Assembly (NCBI GenBank): GCA_965226885.1
Contig: CBDDEL010000015.1
Location: 576,001 to 640,000, forward strand
DNA: 64,000 nucleotides
Origin: Opitutales bacterium
Lineage (GTDB): Bacteria > Verrucomicrobiota > Verrucomicrobiia > Opitutales > UBA2987
Direction: 5' to 3'
This document shows, piece by piece, positions 52,579 to 62,841 of this stretch; position 1 is the stretch's first letter; every line of letters starts with the position of its first letter. The notes below the pieces were generated by a model. It worked only from the letters and a program-made list of their open reading frames with translations, did not search any database and was not told where the DNA came from. The translations under genes and the position numbers were made by a program.

Positions 52579-53763
52579 ATGAAAAAGGCATTTAAGGAAT
52601 ATTTGGTGGAGGAGCTTCGGGGAATCGAGGCGGCGGGGCTTTTTAAGCGGGAGCGTTTTATTACGAGTCCGCAAAAGGCCCGCATCCAGGTGGGCGATGG
52701 GCAGGAGGCGCTTAATCTTTGCGCCAATAATTATTTGGGCCTGGCGGACCACCCGGAGGTGTTGGCAGCGGCCCGCGAGAGCCTGGATAAGCGCGGCTAC
52801 GGGATGGCTTCGGTGCGGTTTATTTGCGGAACCCAGGATATTCACAAGGAATTGGAGGCCAGGATTACCGCTTTTCTGGGGACCGAGGACACTATTCTCT
52901 ATCCTTCCTGTTTCGATGCCAATGGCGGGCTTTTTGAAACGCTTTTGAACGGGGAGGACGCCGTTGTCAGCGACGCCCTCAACCATGCTTCGATTATCGA
53001 TGGCATACGCCTTTGCAAGGCCGCCCGTTACCGTTACGGCAACAACGATATGGCCGACCTGGAAGCCAGATTGGGGGAAGCCCAGAGCCAGCGGTTCCGG
53101 CTCATCGCCACCGATGGGGTTTTTTCCATGGACGGCACCATCGCCAATTTGCAGGTCGTCTGCGAGTTGGCCGACAAATACGATGCCCTGGTTATGATCG
53201 ACGATTGTCACGCGGCCGGTTTCCTTGGCCCCAATGGCCGAGGCACTCATGAATATTGCGGCGTTATGGGGCGGATCGACATTATTACGGGCACCTTGGG
53301 GAAAGCCCTGGGCGGGGCCAGCGGCGGCTACACCAGTGGCCGGAAGGAAATCATCGAAATCCTGCGGCAGCGTTCCCGGCCGTATCTTTTTTCAAACTCG
53401 GTGGCCCCGCCCATTGTGGCGGCCTCAATCAAGGTTTTTGAACTGCTGGAGACATCTTCCGATCTACGGGAAAGGCTCATGGAGAACACCCGCTTTTTTC
53501 GCCGGGGGCTGACGGATTCGGGTTTCGTGATCAAACCGGGCGATCACCCGATCGTGCCAATTATGCTGGGGGAAGCCGCCCTGGCCCAGAAGTTTGCGGC
53601 CCGAATGCTGGAAAAGGGCGTTTATGTGGTCGGTTTCTTTTTTCCCGTCGTGCCCGAGGGGACGGCCCGCATCCGCATCCAATTGTCCGCCGCCCACAGT
53701 CGTCAGGACCTTGAGTTTGCCCTGGAGCAATTCGCTCAAACCAAGAGTGAGTTCGGGCTTTAG
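52579..53763 (+). CDS. kbl: Glycine C-acetyltransferase (2-amino-3-ketobutyrate CoA ligase)
   Basis: [42 protein letters not shown]. Confidence 0.95.
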   Translation: MKKAFKEYLVEELRGIEAAGLFKRERFITSPQKARIQVGDGQEALNLCANNYLGLADHPEVLAAARESLDKRGYGMASVRFICGTQDIHKELEARITAFLGTEDTILYPSCFDANGGLFETLLNGEDAVVSDALNHASIIDGIRLCKAARYRYGNNDMADLEARLGEAQSQRFRLIATDGVFSMDGTIANLQVVCELADKYDALVMIDDCHAAGFLGPNGRGTHEYCGVMGRIDIITGTLGKALGGASGGYTSGRKEIIEILRQRSRPYLFSNSVAPPIVAASIKVFELLETSSDLRERLMENTRFFRRGLTDSGFVIKPGDHPIVPIMLGEAALAQKFAARMLEKGVYVVGFFFPVVPEGTARIRIQLSAAHSRQDLEFALEQFAQTKSEFGL

Positions 53764-53788
53764 AGAGCGTTCTAAAAGCTTGGCAGGC

Positions 53789-54075
53789 AGGCAACCTCCC
53801 CTATCGTGAAATTGCGTGAAACGTTTATAGAATCAATCAGCATGGAAAAAACTCGCATAACCCCCCTCCCCGACGATCCGGAGGCAACCTCCCCTATCGT
53901 GAAATTGCGTGAAACGTTTATAGAATCAATCAGCATGGAAAAAACTCGCATAACCCCCCTCCCCGACGATCCGGAGGCAACCTCCCCTATCGTGAAATTG
54001 CGTGAAACGTTTATAGAATCAATCAGCATGGAAAAAACTCGCATAACCCCCCTCCCCGACGATCCGGAGGCAACC
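53789..54075 (+). repeat. 93-bp perfect tandem repeat x3 plus 8-bp terminal microhomology
   Basis: AGGCAACC at 53789, 53882, 53975 and 54068; units identical. Confidence 0.95.
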
Positions 54076-54540
54076 GCAACGGATCGAAAATTCATTGAGC
54101 GCACTTATGAAATCGCCCGGGATGCGGTGGCCCATGGCAATCATCCCTTCGGGGCGCTGCTGGTGCGCAACGGCGAAATAATCATGGAAATTGAAAACTC
54201 CGTGGAAAGCATGCGGGACGTTACCAAGCATGCGGAGACGCGGCTCATCAGCGAGGCCACACAAAAATTCGATCTTCAGACTTTGGCCGAATGCGCTTTA
54301 TACACCAGCACCGAGCCCTGTGTCATGTGCTGCGGGGCCATCTATTGGACCGGTCTGAAAAAGATCGTTTACGGCGCCTCTGCCGATCAAATGATGAAAA
54401 TCTTAAGTTCGGATGAGTACAATGGTTTTCCGGTCAAGGAAATATACGCCCGTATGGCGCCGCAAGTGGAAGTGGTTGGACCTGTCGAAGAAAAGGAAGG
54501 ACTGGAAATTCACGCCGGGTTCCGGCCGACTTTTTCCTGA
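54028..54540 (+). CDS. Nucleoside/guanine deaminase family protein
   Basis: HPFGALL, HAE, STEPCVMC; alternative in-frame ATGs at 53842 and 53935 from the repeat. Confidence 0.88.
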   Translation: MEKTRITPLPDDPEATATDRKFIERTYEIARDAVAHGNHPFGALLVRNGEIIMEIENSVESMRDVTKHAETRLISEATQKFDLQTLAECALYTSTEPCVMCCGAIYWTGLKKIVYGASADQMMKILSSDEYNGFPVKEIYARMAPQVEVVGPVEEKEGLEIHAGFRPTFS

Positions 54541-54559
54541 CCGGAAGAGGCAACGAATT

Positions 54560-55009
54560 ATGAGCGACGAAGATTTGGGACCGACGGGGGCGATTCTCTA
54601 TGATTTGCCTTCACCCTACCAGGCGCACCCGTGCGGGCTGCTGCATTTGCCCCGGTTCATCGCTAAAATTCGTAAACACTTGGCCGGGGAGCTGCCCAAA
54701 TCCTACCAGCGGAATTTTACGCGGGGTTTTGACGGATTTCTTTGCCTTCATCTCGGCATCGACCCGCAAGATGTCATCAAGGCCGTCCGTCAAAGTGCCG
54801 ATGAGGAGGAATTTGAGGGGCGCCTGGCCGTGATTCTCCCTGCCGATGTGAAGGCTCCGGTGTGGAACCATAAACTGACGCACATGGGGATGAGCCCGAT
54901 GGGCAAAGCAAAATTGATGGAGGTAAAGGAAATCATGGGGCTTTCCCACCGGGATAATCTGGTGAACTTTGCCGATATGATCGATGCGGACGAAGGGCGG
55001 TTAAAGTAA
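54560..55009 (+). CDS. DUF5069-like protein
   Basis: LPSPY...GLLHLPRFIAKIR...GELP..Y; ends IDADEGR. Confidence 0.65.
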   Translation: MSDEDLGPTGAILYDLPSPYQAHPCGLLHLPRFIAKIRKHLAGELPKSYQRNFTRGFDGFLCLHLGIDPQDVIKAVRQSADEEEFEGRLAVILPADVKAPVWNHKLTHMGMSPMGKAKLMEVKEIMGLSHRDNLVNFADMIDADEGRLK

Positions 55010-55066
55010 ACTCGGGAACCTCACCTAACAGTTTGCATTTTCGCCGCCGTCATCTAGCTTTTCATT

Positions 55067-56506
55067 GTGAACCTGACGCGAAAATCGCTTTATGGGATCG
55101 CGGGAGCCTGGGCGGCCTCCTTGGGATTGGCTTTTTTGGCGGGGATCGCGGTGCACATGCAGTTCTCCGGCCAGAACGGCGACAGCTTGGGAATCCAGAG
55201 CGGTTTTGCAACCGAGATGGCTCTGGAGAGGCACCTGCTCATTCGCAAATTAACGGGAAAACCTCTGGAGCCGGCCGCGTCCGCAGAGAGTTTTTCGCCG
55301 CCCGTGCAGGAAGCCCTCAGCGCGGCCCTGACCAATGCCAATACGAATTTCCGCAACCACGCTTTTGCCGTAATTTTTTCAGGACTTGCTCATGGGGATA
55401 TTGGCGAAGCTGTCGATTTCGGCAACCAACTGCCGCCCGGTGTGCGCCGGGATGAAATTTTTGGCGCGCTGCTCCGGCGTTGGGGTGAACTGGATGGACG
55501 TTCCGCCCTGGCTTATGCCTTGGAACAGGCCAATACCAGCAACCGGAATGAAGGCATAGCCGGAGTTCTGGCCGGATGGGCCACCTACGATCCGCAGACT
55601 TCCTATCAATGGGCTCTGGCCAATCCAGGGGAAAACCCGTTCCAGAGCGAACGGCTGAATGCCGTCATTGGCCAGATTGCTACTGGTGATCCGGCCACGG
55701 CTTTTGCCTACGCTTCGGAACTGCCGGTGGATTCATTCCGCACCGGAGCCCTGCGCACCATTGCCGACCAACTTCATTCAGAGGGAAAACTGGGCATGGC
55801 ACTACCCTGGTTTGTCAATCTGGCCGAAGGGCCGGTAAAGGAAGTCGCCTTTGAGCATGTGGCCAGAATCTGGAGTTCCTACGAGCCGGTTTTCGCGGCC
55901 GAATGGGTGGAGCAAAATTCCCGGCAGGTCGTCCATGCGCAGGCCATGAGCGCGGTTGCCGCGACCTGGGGAAGAACGGATCCGCAGAGGGCCGCAGATT
56001 GGGCCAGTGAATTGCCGACCGGCAGGGCCAGGTCTGCCGGTGTTTCCGCCGCTGTCGGGACCTGGCTGGACCTGGGAGAAGTCAACGACGTAGCTGGATG
56101 GTTGAACCGTCAGCCAACGCACCTGGATTTTGACGACGCAGTGCGAAAAGTCACCTTGGCTTCAATGTATGACGATCCTGAAACGGCCATGTCCTGGGCC
56201 GAATCCATTATCGATGAGAACTTGCGCAGTGTCACCATGAACATTGTAGGCCAGCGATGGATGAGTCTCGATCCGGAAGCGGCCCAGGCTTTTTATGGTG
56301 ATTCAGAGCAGGAGACCGGACCGGCGGAAACCTACATCATCGGGGCGCCCGGATTGCAGGTTTTTCAAAGCGATTCCGGCCAAGACACTGAAGTTGAGCC
56401 TCTACCCACGCTGGATTCATTGCCGTTGCCCATCGATCCGGGCGTCAACGAATTGTATCCTCCGGAGGGAAACTTTGAAGATCTGATTCCCCTGGAATCT
56501 CCTTGA
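55067..56506 (+). CDS. Membrane-anchored helical-repeat protein
   Basis: N-terminal TM; repeated WxxxDPxxAxxWA units; acidic Pro-rich tail. Confidence 0.7.
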   Translation: MNLTRKSLYGIAGAWAASLGLAFLAGIAVHMQFSGQNGDSLGIQSGFATEMALERHLLIRKLTGKPLEPAASAESFSPPVQEALSAALTNANTNFRNHAFAVIFSGLAHGDIGEAVDFGNQLPPGVRRDEIFGALLRRWGELDGRSALAYALEQANTSNRNEGIAGVLAGWATYDPQTSYQWALANPGENPFQSERLNAVIGQIATGDPATAFAYASELPVDSFRTGALRTIADQLHSEGKLGMALPWFVNLAEGPVKEVAFEHVARIWSSYEPVFAAEWVEQNSRQVVHAQAMSAVAATWGRTDPQRAADWASELPTGRARSAGVSAAVGTWLDLGEVNDVAGWLNRQPTHLDFDDAVRKVTLASMYDDPETAMSWAESIIDENLRSVTMNIVGQRWMSLDPEAAQAFYGDSEQETGPAETYIIGAPGLQVFQSDSGQDTEVEPLPTLDSLPLPIDPGVNELYPPEGNFEDLIPLESP

Positions 56507-56527
56507 GACCGGGGCCGGACTTTTTGG

Positions 56528-57727
56528 TCAATAGCGAGTCATTTGTGGCTCGCACAAATCCGCCCAGGAATGGATTCCCCCAGCCATGCTGGCCGCCTTT
56601 TGGAGGCCTTTTTCCCGCAAAAACCGCGCCACCATGAGGCTTCGTTGGCCGTGATGGCAATAGATCAATATGGAACGGTCCCGGGGCAAGGCGTCGATCA
56701 TTGCCGGGACTTCCCTCATGGGAATATGATTGCTCCCGCTTATTTGGCACACCTCCGTTTCAAATCCCTCGCGCACATCGAGAAGGTAGGGTGGGTTTTC
56801 CGAATCGAGCCATTTTTTCGCCTCCTCAACGCCGACTTCAATGGGGTGTCCGCCATCTTCATTTTCCTCCCCGCCGGGAGGTATTTCCCCTTCCTCGGTG
56901 CGACAGCTGAATTCGTAATTTTCTTCGCTCAGTTTCAGAATGGAAGGATGGGTTCCACAGAGCGGACAAGCCGGTTCTTTGTTCAAACGAAGGGTGCGAA
57001 ACCTCATGGCCAGCGATTCGATGACCAGTAGCCTGCCCATCAGGTTTTGTTCGAAGCCGAGCAGAAATTTAATCGCCTCCATGGCCTGAAGACTGCCCAC
57101 CACCCCGCAGAGTGCGCCGAAGACGCCGGCTTCCTCGCAGTTGGGAATGGATCCCGGCTCCGGCATGTGTGGGAAAAGGCATCTGTAGCATGGTCCGCCG
57201 CCCGCCGGGTGAAATAGGCTCAATTGTCCCTCAAACTGAAAAATACTGCCATAAACAAGCGGTTTGCGGGTAAGAAAAGCGGCGTCGTTGACCAGGTAGC
57301 GAGTTGGAAAATTGTCCGATCCGTCAAGTATGAGGTCATAGCTGGAAAATAAGTCGAAGGCATTGCCGATGGTGACGCCTTGCGGATGTTCGCGAATGTC
57401 TATGTGCGGGTTGAGACCGCTTAACCGGGCGCGGGCCGAATCGATTTTGGGAGCGCCCACCATTTCGGTGCTGTGGAGTATCTGCCTTTGCAAATTATGC
57501 GCCTCCAGTTTATCCATCTCCGCCAGGCCCAAGGTGCCGACCCCGGCCGCCGCCAGATAAAGGGAAGCCGGACTGCCCAGCCCGCCCATGCCGATCAGCA
57601 GGACACGCGCGGCGGCCAGTTTTTTTTGCCCCTCCAACCCCACCTGGGGGAGAATGACATGCCGGCTGTAACGGGCAATCTCCTCCGGGGAAAGTTCAAC
57701 CGAAGGCGGTGGTAATGTTGTTTTCAT
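56528..57727 (-). CDS. moeB: Molybdopterin-synthase adenylyltransferase with rhodanese domain (MoeB/MoeZ)
   Basis: RYSRH, GMGGLGSP, NLQRQ, PCYRC, C-terminal YCHHGQRS. Confidence 0.92.
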   Translation of the reverse strand: MKTTLPPPSVELSPEEIARYSRHVILPQVGLEGQKKLAAARVLLIGMGGLGSPASLYLAAAGVGTLGLAEMDKLEAHNLQRQILHSTEMVGAPKIDSARARLSGLNPHIDIREHPQGVTIGNAFDLFSSYDLILDGSDNFPTRYLVNDAAFLTRKPLVYGSIFQFEGQLSLFHPAGGGPCYRCLFPHMPEPGSIPNCEEAGVFGALCGVVGSLQAMEAIKFLLGFEQNLMGRLLVIESLAMRFRTLRLNKEPACPLCGTHPSILKLSEENYEFSCRTEEGEIPPGGEENEDGGHPIEVGVEEAKKWLDSENPPYLLDVREGFETEVCQISGSNHIPMREVPAMIDALPRDRSILIYCHHGQRSLMVARFLREKGLQKAASMAGGIHSWADLCEPQMTRY

Positions 57728-57871
57728 CAAACCAGTACTCGTATCTCTTAAAAAACCCTGGTTCAGTAAAGTGTCAACCTTGCCGCTGAAATCGGATTCA
57801 CTCAAATTTTGATGAAAAAATTATTGAGTGGCCTTGAAAAACTTTTTTGGTGACAATACTCGTCAGAAATT

Positions 57872-58960
57872 ATGAGCCAGCGATTTGCCGTTATCATGGC
57901 CGGAGGGCGCGGGGAGCGTTTCTGGCCGCAAAGCCGTTTGACGCGGCCCAAGCACCTCTTGCCCATTGTCGGCGACACTACCATGCTTGAGCAAACACTG
58001 GCCAGGCTTGAGGGTCTCGTGCCGCCAGAAAATGTCTTTGTCATCACCAATCGGGAGCAGCGCGCTGGCGTGCTTGAAACCTGCCCCGGCCTTCTCCCGG
58101 CCAATGTCGTAGGCGAACCGGTGGGTCGAGACACTGCGGCGGCGGTGGGTTTGGCTGCAATTCTGGTAAAAACCAGGGATGCGGAGGGAACCTTTGTCAT
58201 ATTGCCAGCGGATCATGTCATTAAAAACAAGGAAGGATTCCGAACAACCCTGGAGACGGCTATTGAGACTGCGGAAAGCGGAAAATACCTGGTGACCGTG
58301 GGCGTAAAACCGGATAGTCCGGCCACCGGCTATGGTTATATTGAAAAAGGGGAACCCTTCATATCTTCGGAAAATGAGGACGTTTACAAGGTCAGACGTT
58401 TCGTGGAAAAACCCGACCTGCCCACGGCCGAGAAATACCTGAAATCGGGCGATTATTTTTGGAACGCCGGAATGTTCGTCTGGCAGGCGGATGTTATTGG
58501 ACGAGCCCTATCCCGTCATGCGCCAGATCTCTGGCAGGCTTTGGGTAAAATCGAGGATGGCATCCGAGGCGGGGAAAATCTGGATTCCCTTTTACAGGAG
58601 CACTTTCCAAAACTCGAAAAAATTTCCATTGACTACGCCGTAATGGAAAAAGCGGACAATGTCCTTACCGTGGAAGCCGGTTTCGATTGGGATGATGTGG
58701 GTGAATGGCCGGCCATTGCCCGGCACAATAAAAGCGATCCTGAGGGGAACATTTTACAAGGCGAGGGAATGATTCGGGACGGCTCCGGCAACATTGTCGT
58801 CAACGATGAAGGGCATTTCACGGCTCTTATCGGGGTGGACGATTTGATTGTGGTGCAAACCAAGGACGCCACATTGGTCTGCCCGAAATCGAAGGCCCAG
58901 GAAATAAAAAAACTGGTCCAGGATATAGCAAAAAATCCCGAATTGAAAAACCTGCTTTGA
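57872..58960 (+). CDS. manC: Mannose-1-phosphate guanylyltransferase (no cupin domain)
   Basis: MAGGRGERFWPQSR, FVEKPD, WNAGMF, SIDYAVME, WDDVG. Confidence 0.9.
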   Translation: MSQRFAVIMAGGRGERFWPQSRLTRPKHLLPIVGDTTMLEQTLARLEGLVPPENVFVITNREQRAGVLETCPGLLPANVVGEPVGRDTAAAVGLAAILVKTRDAEGTFVILPADHVIKNKEGFRTTLETAIETAESGKYLVTVGVKPDSPATGYGYIEKGEPFISSENEDVYKVRRFVEKPDLPTAEKYLKSGDYFWNAGMFVWQADVIGRALSRHAPDLWQALGKIEDGIRGGENLDSLLQEHFPKLEKISIDYAVMEKADNVLTVEAGFDWDDVGEWPAIARHNKSDPEGNILQGEGMIRDGSGNIVVNDEGHFTALIGVDDLIVVQTKDATLVCPKSKAQEIKKLVQDIAKNPELKNLL

Positions 58961-58991
58961 GATTACCGCACAGAAGCAGGTTAACTGGAAA

Positions 58992-59414
58992 ATGAATTAT
59001 TTGGGCATTGATTACGGAGAGAAAAGGATCGGCCTAAGTTTTGGCGATGAACTCGGGTTGGCCGTTCCTCTGGCGGCAGCTGCGCAAAAAACGAAGAAGG
59101 AGCGCCTGGCTTATATCGGGAAAATGATCGAGCAAAGAAATGTCACCGATCTGGTGGTGGGCTACCCTTTGAACATGGATGGTAGCGCCGGTTTCAAGGC
59201 GCGGGAGGTCGATGCTTTTGTCGAGTTACTGGATAATCGATTTGGGCTGCCTGTGCACCGGGCCGACGAACGGCTGTCAACCCATCAGGCCCAAAGCGAT
59301 TTGAAAAAAACGAGCAAAAAGACTAATCGTAAATCCGTCGAAATCGATTCTCGCGCGGCCACGGTCATTCTCCAGGATTTTCTTTACGAGCAAGAACAAA
59401 CTCCGACAGCCTGA
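58992..59414 (+). CDS. ruvX: YqgF/RuvX family nuclease
   Basis: GIDYGEKRIG, VGYPLNMDG, DERLST, IDSRAATVILQ. Confidence 0.93.
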   Translation: MNYLGIDYGEKRIGLSFGDELGLAVPLAAAAQKTKKERLAYIGKMIEQRNVTDLVVGYPLNMDGSAGFKAREVDAFVELLDNRFGLPVHRADERLSTHQAQSDLKKTSKKTNRKSVEIDSRAATVILQDFLYEQEQTPTA

Positions 59415-59420
59415 GGCAGG

Positions 59421-60839
59421 TCAATTAATCGGTTGGTTTCTTGAGGGGGGTTTTCTTTTTTTCATCCATTGCCGAAACTTTCCGCCGCGCCAGGGAGGAA
59501 ATTTTCTGACGCTGCGCCAGGCTTGCAGGGCCGGGATGGGGAAGGCCTGTCCGGGAGGATAATTGAGGGCGTAGCCTAAACGCAGAGCGGCTTTCCAGGC
59601 CGTCGGATTGGTGGACATAATTGCCCAAATGCCAAACGGGGGCGTCCCTGCGCCGGCTTTTTTGGGAGCTTCCCGTTTTCCTTTATCACGCAGGCGCAAG
59701 AGCAAGTCGGGGATAGGTATATCGACCGGGCACACCTCCCGACAAGCGCCGCAGAGGCTCGATGCCTTGGGCAGGTCCGCCAATTGGGAAAAGTTTTTCC
59801 CGGCCAGCAAAGGACTGAGAACCGACCCAACGGGCCCGCCATAAGTTCCACGATAGGCAAACCCTGTGGCCTGCCGATAGACCGGGCAGATATTCTGGCA
59901 GGCGCCGCAACGAATGCATCGCAAAATTTCCCGGCAGTTCGAGGCCAGCGCCTCGGTGCGTTTGTTGTCCACAAAGACGACGTGCATTTGCTGCGGCCCG
60001 TGGGGCTGCCCTTTGGCTTTGGGGCCCCCGATAAACTGGTTGTAAACGGTCAGCCGCTGGCCCGTCCCGGAGCGGGCGATGAGGTTGTGAAAAAGGGCCA
60101 GGTCACGGTCCCCGGGGATGATCTTTTCGATCCCCACAATGACGATGTGCAAGCGCGTGGCCGCCATGCAGAAACGGGCATTGCCCTCGTTTGTAACCAA
60201 AGAAATCCGCCCGCTTTGAGCCACCACGAAATTGGCTCCGGTGAGCCCGGCATCGGCATCCATATACTCTTTGCGCAAATAACTCCGGGCCCGCCGGGTG
60301 ATCACTTCCGGCTCGTCATTGTATTCCCCCAAACCTTCCCGTTCAAAACACCGGGCCACCTCCCGGCGATTCTTGTGGATAATGGGCGCAATGATATGGC
60401 TGGGTTGGTCGTTATCGAGCTGTACGATGAGTTCCCCCAGATCGGTCTCCACACTCTCGATGCCGTTTTTTGAGAGAAAGTCGTTCAATTCCGTCTCCTC
60501 GCTCAACATGCTTTTGCTTTTAACGATCTTTCGACAGTCGTTCTCCCGCAGAATGTCGAGGACGATCTGATTGCAGCGATCCCCCGTGAAGGCAAAATGC
60601 ACCTGCGCCCCATTTGCCCGGAGACTCTTTTCCGCCATTTGCAGGTAGTGGTCGAGATGATCCAGGGTGTGCTGTTTGATCTGCCCGGCCAGCCGCCGCA
60701 AACGATCGGGGTCGTCGTAATCCCGCTGAAAAGCAGCGACTCTCTTCTCGGCCAATGTAGAGGCCACCGAGTAAACCGCCGTTTGTCGATCCGGATTGGC
60801 ATCCCGGGCATAGCGATCGATTTCCTGGAAGGTTTTCAC
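59421..60839 (-). CDS. lutB: Lactate utilisation Fe-S protein LutB/LldF
   Basis: KSKSM, ETDLGE, TNEGN, CIRCGACQNICP; GTGA overlap with lutA. Confidence 0.92.
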   Translation of the reverse strand: MKTFQEIDRYARDANPDRQTAVYSVASTLAEKRVAAFQRDYDDPDRLRRLAGQIKQHTLDHLDHYLQMAEKSLRANGAQVHFAFTGDRCNQIVLDILRENDCRKIVKSKSMLSEETELNDFLSKNGIESVETDLGELIVQLDNDQPSHIIAPIIHKNRREVARCFEREGLGEYNDEPEVITRRARSYLRKEYMDADAGLTGANFVVAQSGRISLVTNEGNARFCMAATRLHIVIVGIEKIIPGDRDLALFHNLIARSGTGQRLTVYNQFIGGPKAKGQPHGPQQMHVVFVDNKRTEALASNCREILRCIRCGACQNICPVYRQATGFAYRGTYGGPVGSVLSPLLAGKNFSQLADLPKASSLCGACREVCPVDIPIPDLLLRLRDKGKREAPKKAGAGTPPFGIWAIMSTNPTAWKAALRLGYALNYPPGQAFPIPALQAWRSVRKFPPWRGGKFRQWMKKRKPPSRNQPIN

Positions 60840-61603
60840 AACAAGCCTCCGTTTTTCAGGGAATCGCGCAAAACCTGGGCCAGGTGCAGGCGCGGCAATT
60901 GCTTTCCCTCCTTGTCGATCATGCCTCCCAGATGGAGCAGACAACCCATATCCCCCGATACCAAAAAGTCCGGCCGGGTAGCGGCAATGTTTTCAATTTT
61001 TAATTGGCCCATGGCGGCGGATATATTGGGAAAACTGACGGAAAATGTGCCGCCGAAACCGCAGCATTGATCTTCTTCTCCGAACTCGGCTAATTCAAGC
61101 CCATCGATGCTGGACAGGAGTTGCCTGGCTGCTTCCACGCTGCCGGTTCCTCGACTGTGGCAGGAGCGGTGAAAGGCAATTTTGTGGGGAAAGTTACCCT
61201 CCCACTCGGTTTTCCCCAAGGCATTGACGATGTAATCGGCTAATTCCCAGGAACGTTCGGCGAGGTTTTCAACTTTGTCCAGGTCCTCTTCTTCCTCGAA
61301 TTCCAAGGGCGCTCCATGCACCAGCATAGCCGTGCAGGAGCCCGATGGCGCCACCACTGGCTCTTTGCCTTTGAATACTTCCAGGGTGTGCCGCACCACC
61401 TTGCGGGAAGCCTTCCAGTCCCCGGCATTGAATGCGGGTTGGCCGCAACAAGTTTGCCCCTCGGGAAAAACAACCTCGCAACCCAGGTATTCGAGCAATT
61501 CCACCGAGGCCTGAGCCGCGTCGTCAAAAAAGGCGTCGCAAATACAGGTGCCCATAAAAAGCAGTTTCTTTCCTTCCGGAATCCGGTGAGTATGTTGAAT
61601 CAT
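60836..61603 (-). CDS. lutA: Lactate utilisation CCG-domain protein LutA/LldE
   Basis: QTCCGQP, SGSC, CCGFGGTFS, GDMGCL. Confidence 0.92.
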   Translation of the reverse strand: MIQHTHRIPEGKKLLFMGTCICDAFFDDAAQASVELLEYLGCEVVFPEGQTCCGQPAFNAGDWKASRKVVRHTLEVFKGKEPVVAPSGSCTAMLVHGAPLEFEEEEDLDKVENLAERSWELADYIVNALGKTEWEGNFPHKIAFHRSCHSRGTGSVEAARQLLSSIDGLELAEFGEEDQCCGFGGTFSVSFPNISAAMGQLKIENIAATRPDFLVSGDMGCLLHLGGMIDKEGKQLPRLHLAQVLRDSLKNGGLL

Positions 61604-61619
61604 TTTTCTATATTCTTAG

Positions 61620-62027
61620 TTATGGCTTCGGATAACCCCGATGCTGAGGCAAGTCATCGTTTAAATCGATCCAGGAAATTTTATCTTCCAGCCAGATATG
61701 GCCCTTGGGCGGATAGAGGCCTGGATCGTCCATACTGCAAACGGTCACATCAATGTCATCCGGGTATTCGGGATGTTGAAAAGTCAGCGGAGTCCCGCAA
61801 TGAGGGCAAAAAGAGCGTACTCGATTGGCGTGTTCAATTTTCGCTGCGATACCTTTGACGACCTCATAATCCTTGAGCTTGCAAAATGCCCACGCCACAA
61901 AAGGCGCGCCACTCGCCCGCCGGCAATCCTCACAATGGCAATTATAGCCGATATCAACTTTCCCGCGAATGGCATAACGAATGGCCCCGCATAGGCAGCC
62001 GCCAGTTTCTTCTGATGAATGTTCCAT
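61620..62027 (-). CDS. GFA/CENP-V family protein
   Basis: GGCLCGAIRY, CHCEDCRR, FCPHCGTPL. Confidence 0.9.
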   Translation of the reverse strand: MEHSSEETGGCLCGAIRYAIRGKVDIGYNCHCEDCRRASGAPFVAWAFCKLKDYEVVKGIAAKIEHANRVRSFCPHCGTPLTFQHPEYPDDIDVTVCSMDDPGLYPPKGHIWLEDKISWIDLNDDLPQHRGYPKP

Positions 62028-62043
62028 GTTTAAAATGATAATA

Positions 62044-62841
62044 TCAATCGTGAACAGGCACAGTTTTACTATTTTTAATTAACTTTTTTCCAAGTTTTTT
62101 AAGATAATCGATGCGATCCTCGGTCAGAGGGTGGGTGCTGAAATATTTTCTCCAGGCGGATTTGTTCCCCTCGTTCTGCATTTTATCAAAAAATTCGAGG
62201 GCGCCAGAGATATCGCCGTATTTGTTTTGCACTAGGCGCAGCGCAAATTCGTCGGCTTCGCGTTCTTTACGGCGTGAGTAACCTTTTTCCGCCGCCTCCA
62301 GAGCCAAGTTAGCAGGGGAAAGGCCGTCGTAGTTGAATAGAAAGGTGGCCGCGATACTGAACAGCAATCCCCGGCTCAACCCTTCAATGATATGGCGATT
62401 TTCATGATGTCCCATCTCGTGGGCCAATATAAAGGCCATTCCTTTTTCCTTTTCCAGTAGTTCAATGAGCGGAGGTGTCAATCCGATGCCGCCTCCGGGA
62501 ACCGCCACGGCGTTGGGTTCAGGGTTTTCCAATATAAAAAGAGTGTAATCGAGGTCACGCAAAGATTCATCCGCCATCAACTTATCCAGGATTTCCTGAG
62601 GATAATCGAGCAGATCGGTGGCCGCTTCTTCATTTTTCGGGATATAGTAATCACCGGCCAGCTTTCGTTCCCAACGGTCGGGAATGAAATGGGAGATGCC
62701 GAGGGCCGCAAACCCGAGAAGGATGTAAATGATGACCAGGATCAAAACAAATCCGGCGATGGTTTTGAGACGATCCCCGGGCCGGCGCAGGCCCCTGGAT
62801 AGATCACCTGCTTCAGGGAGGGATTTAGGGACGAATTTCAT
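62044..62841 (-). CDS. M48 metallopeptidase
   Basis: NAVAVPGG, HEMGH, EREAD, STHP. Confidence 0.9.
   Translation of the reverse strand: MKFVPKSLPEAGDLSRGLRRPGDRLKTIAGFVLILVIIYILLGFAALGISHFIPDRWERKLAGDYYIPKNEEAATDLLDYPQEILDKLMADESLRDLDYTLFILENPEPNAVAVPGGGIGLTPPLIELLEKEKGMAFILAHEMGHHENRHIIEGLSRGLLFSIAATFLFNYDGLSPANLALEAAEKGYSRRKEREADEFALRLVQNKYGDISGALEFFDKMQNEGNKSAWRKYFSTHPLTEDRIDYLKKLGKKLIKNSKTVPVHD

Noticed and set aside
53789..54075. CRISPR array
   Set aside because: Units are identical end to end with no spacers, and there are no cas genes.
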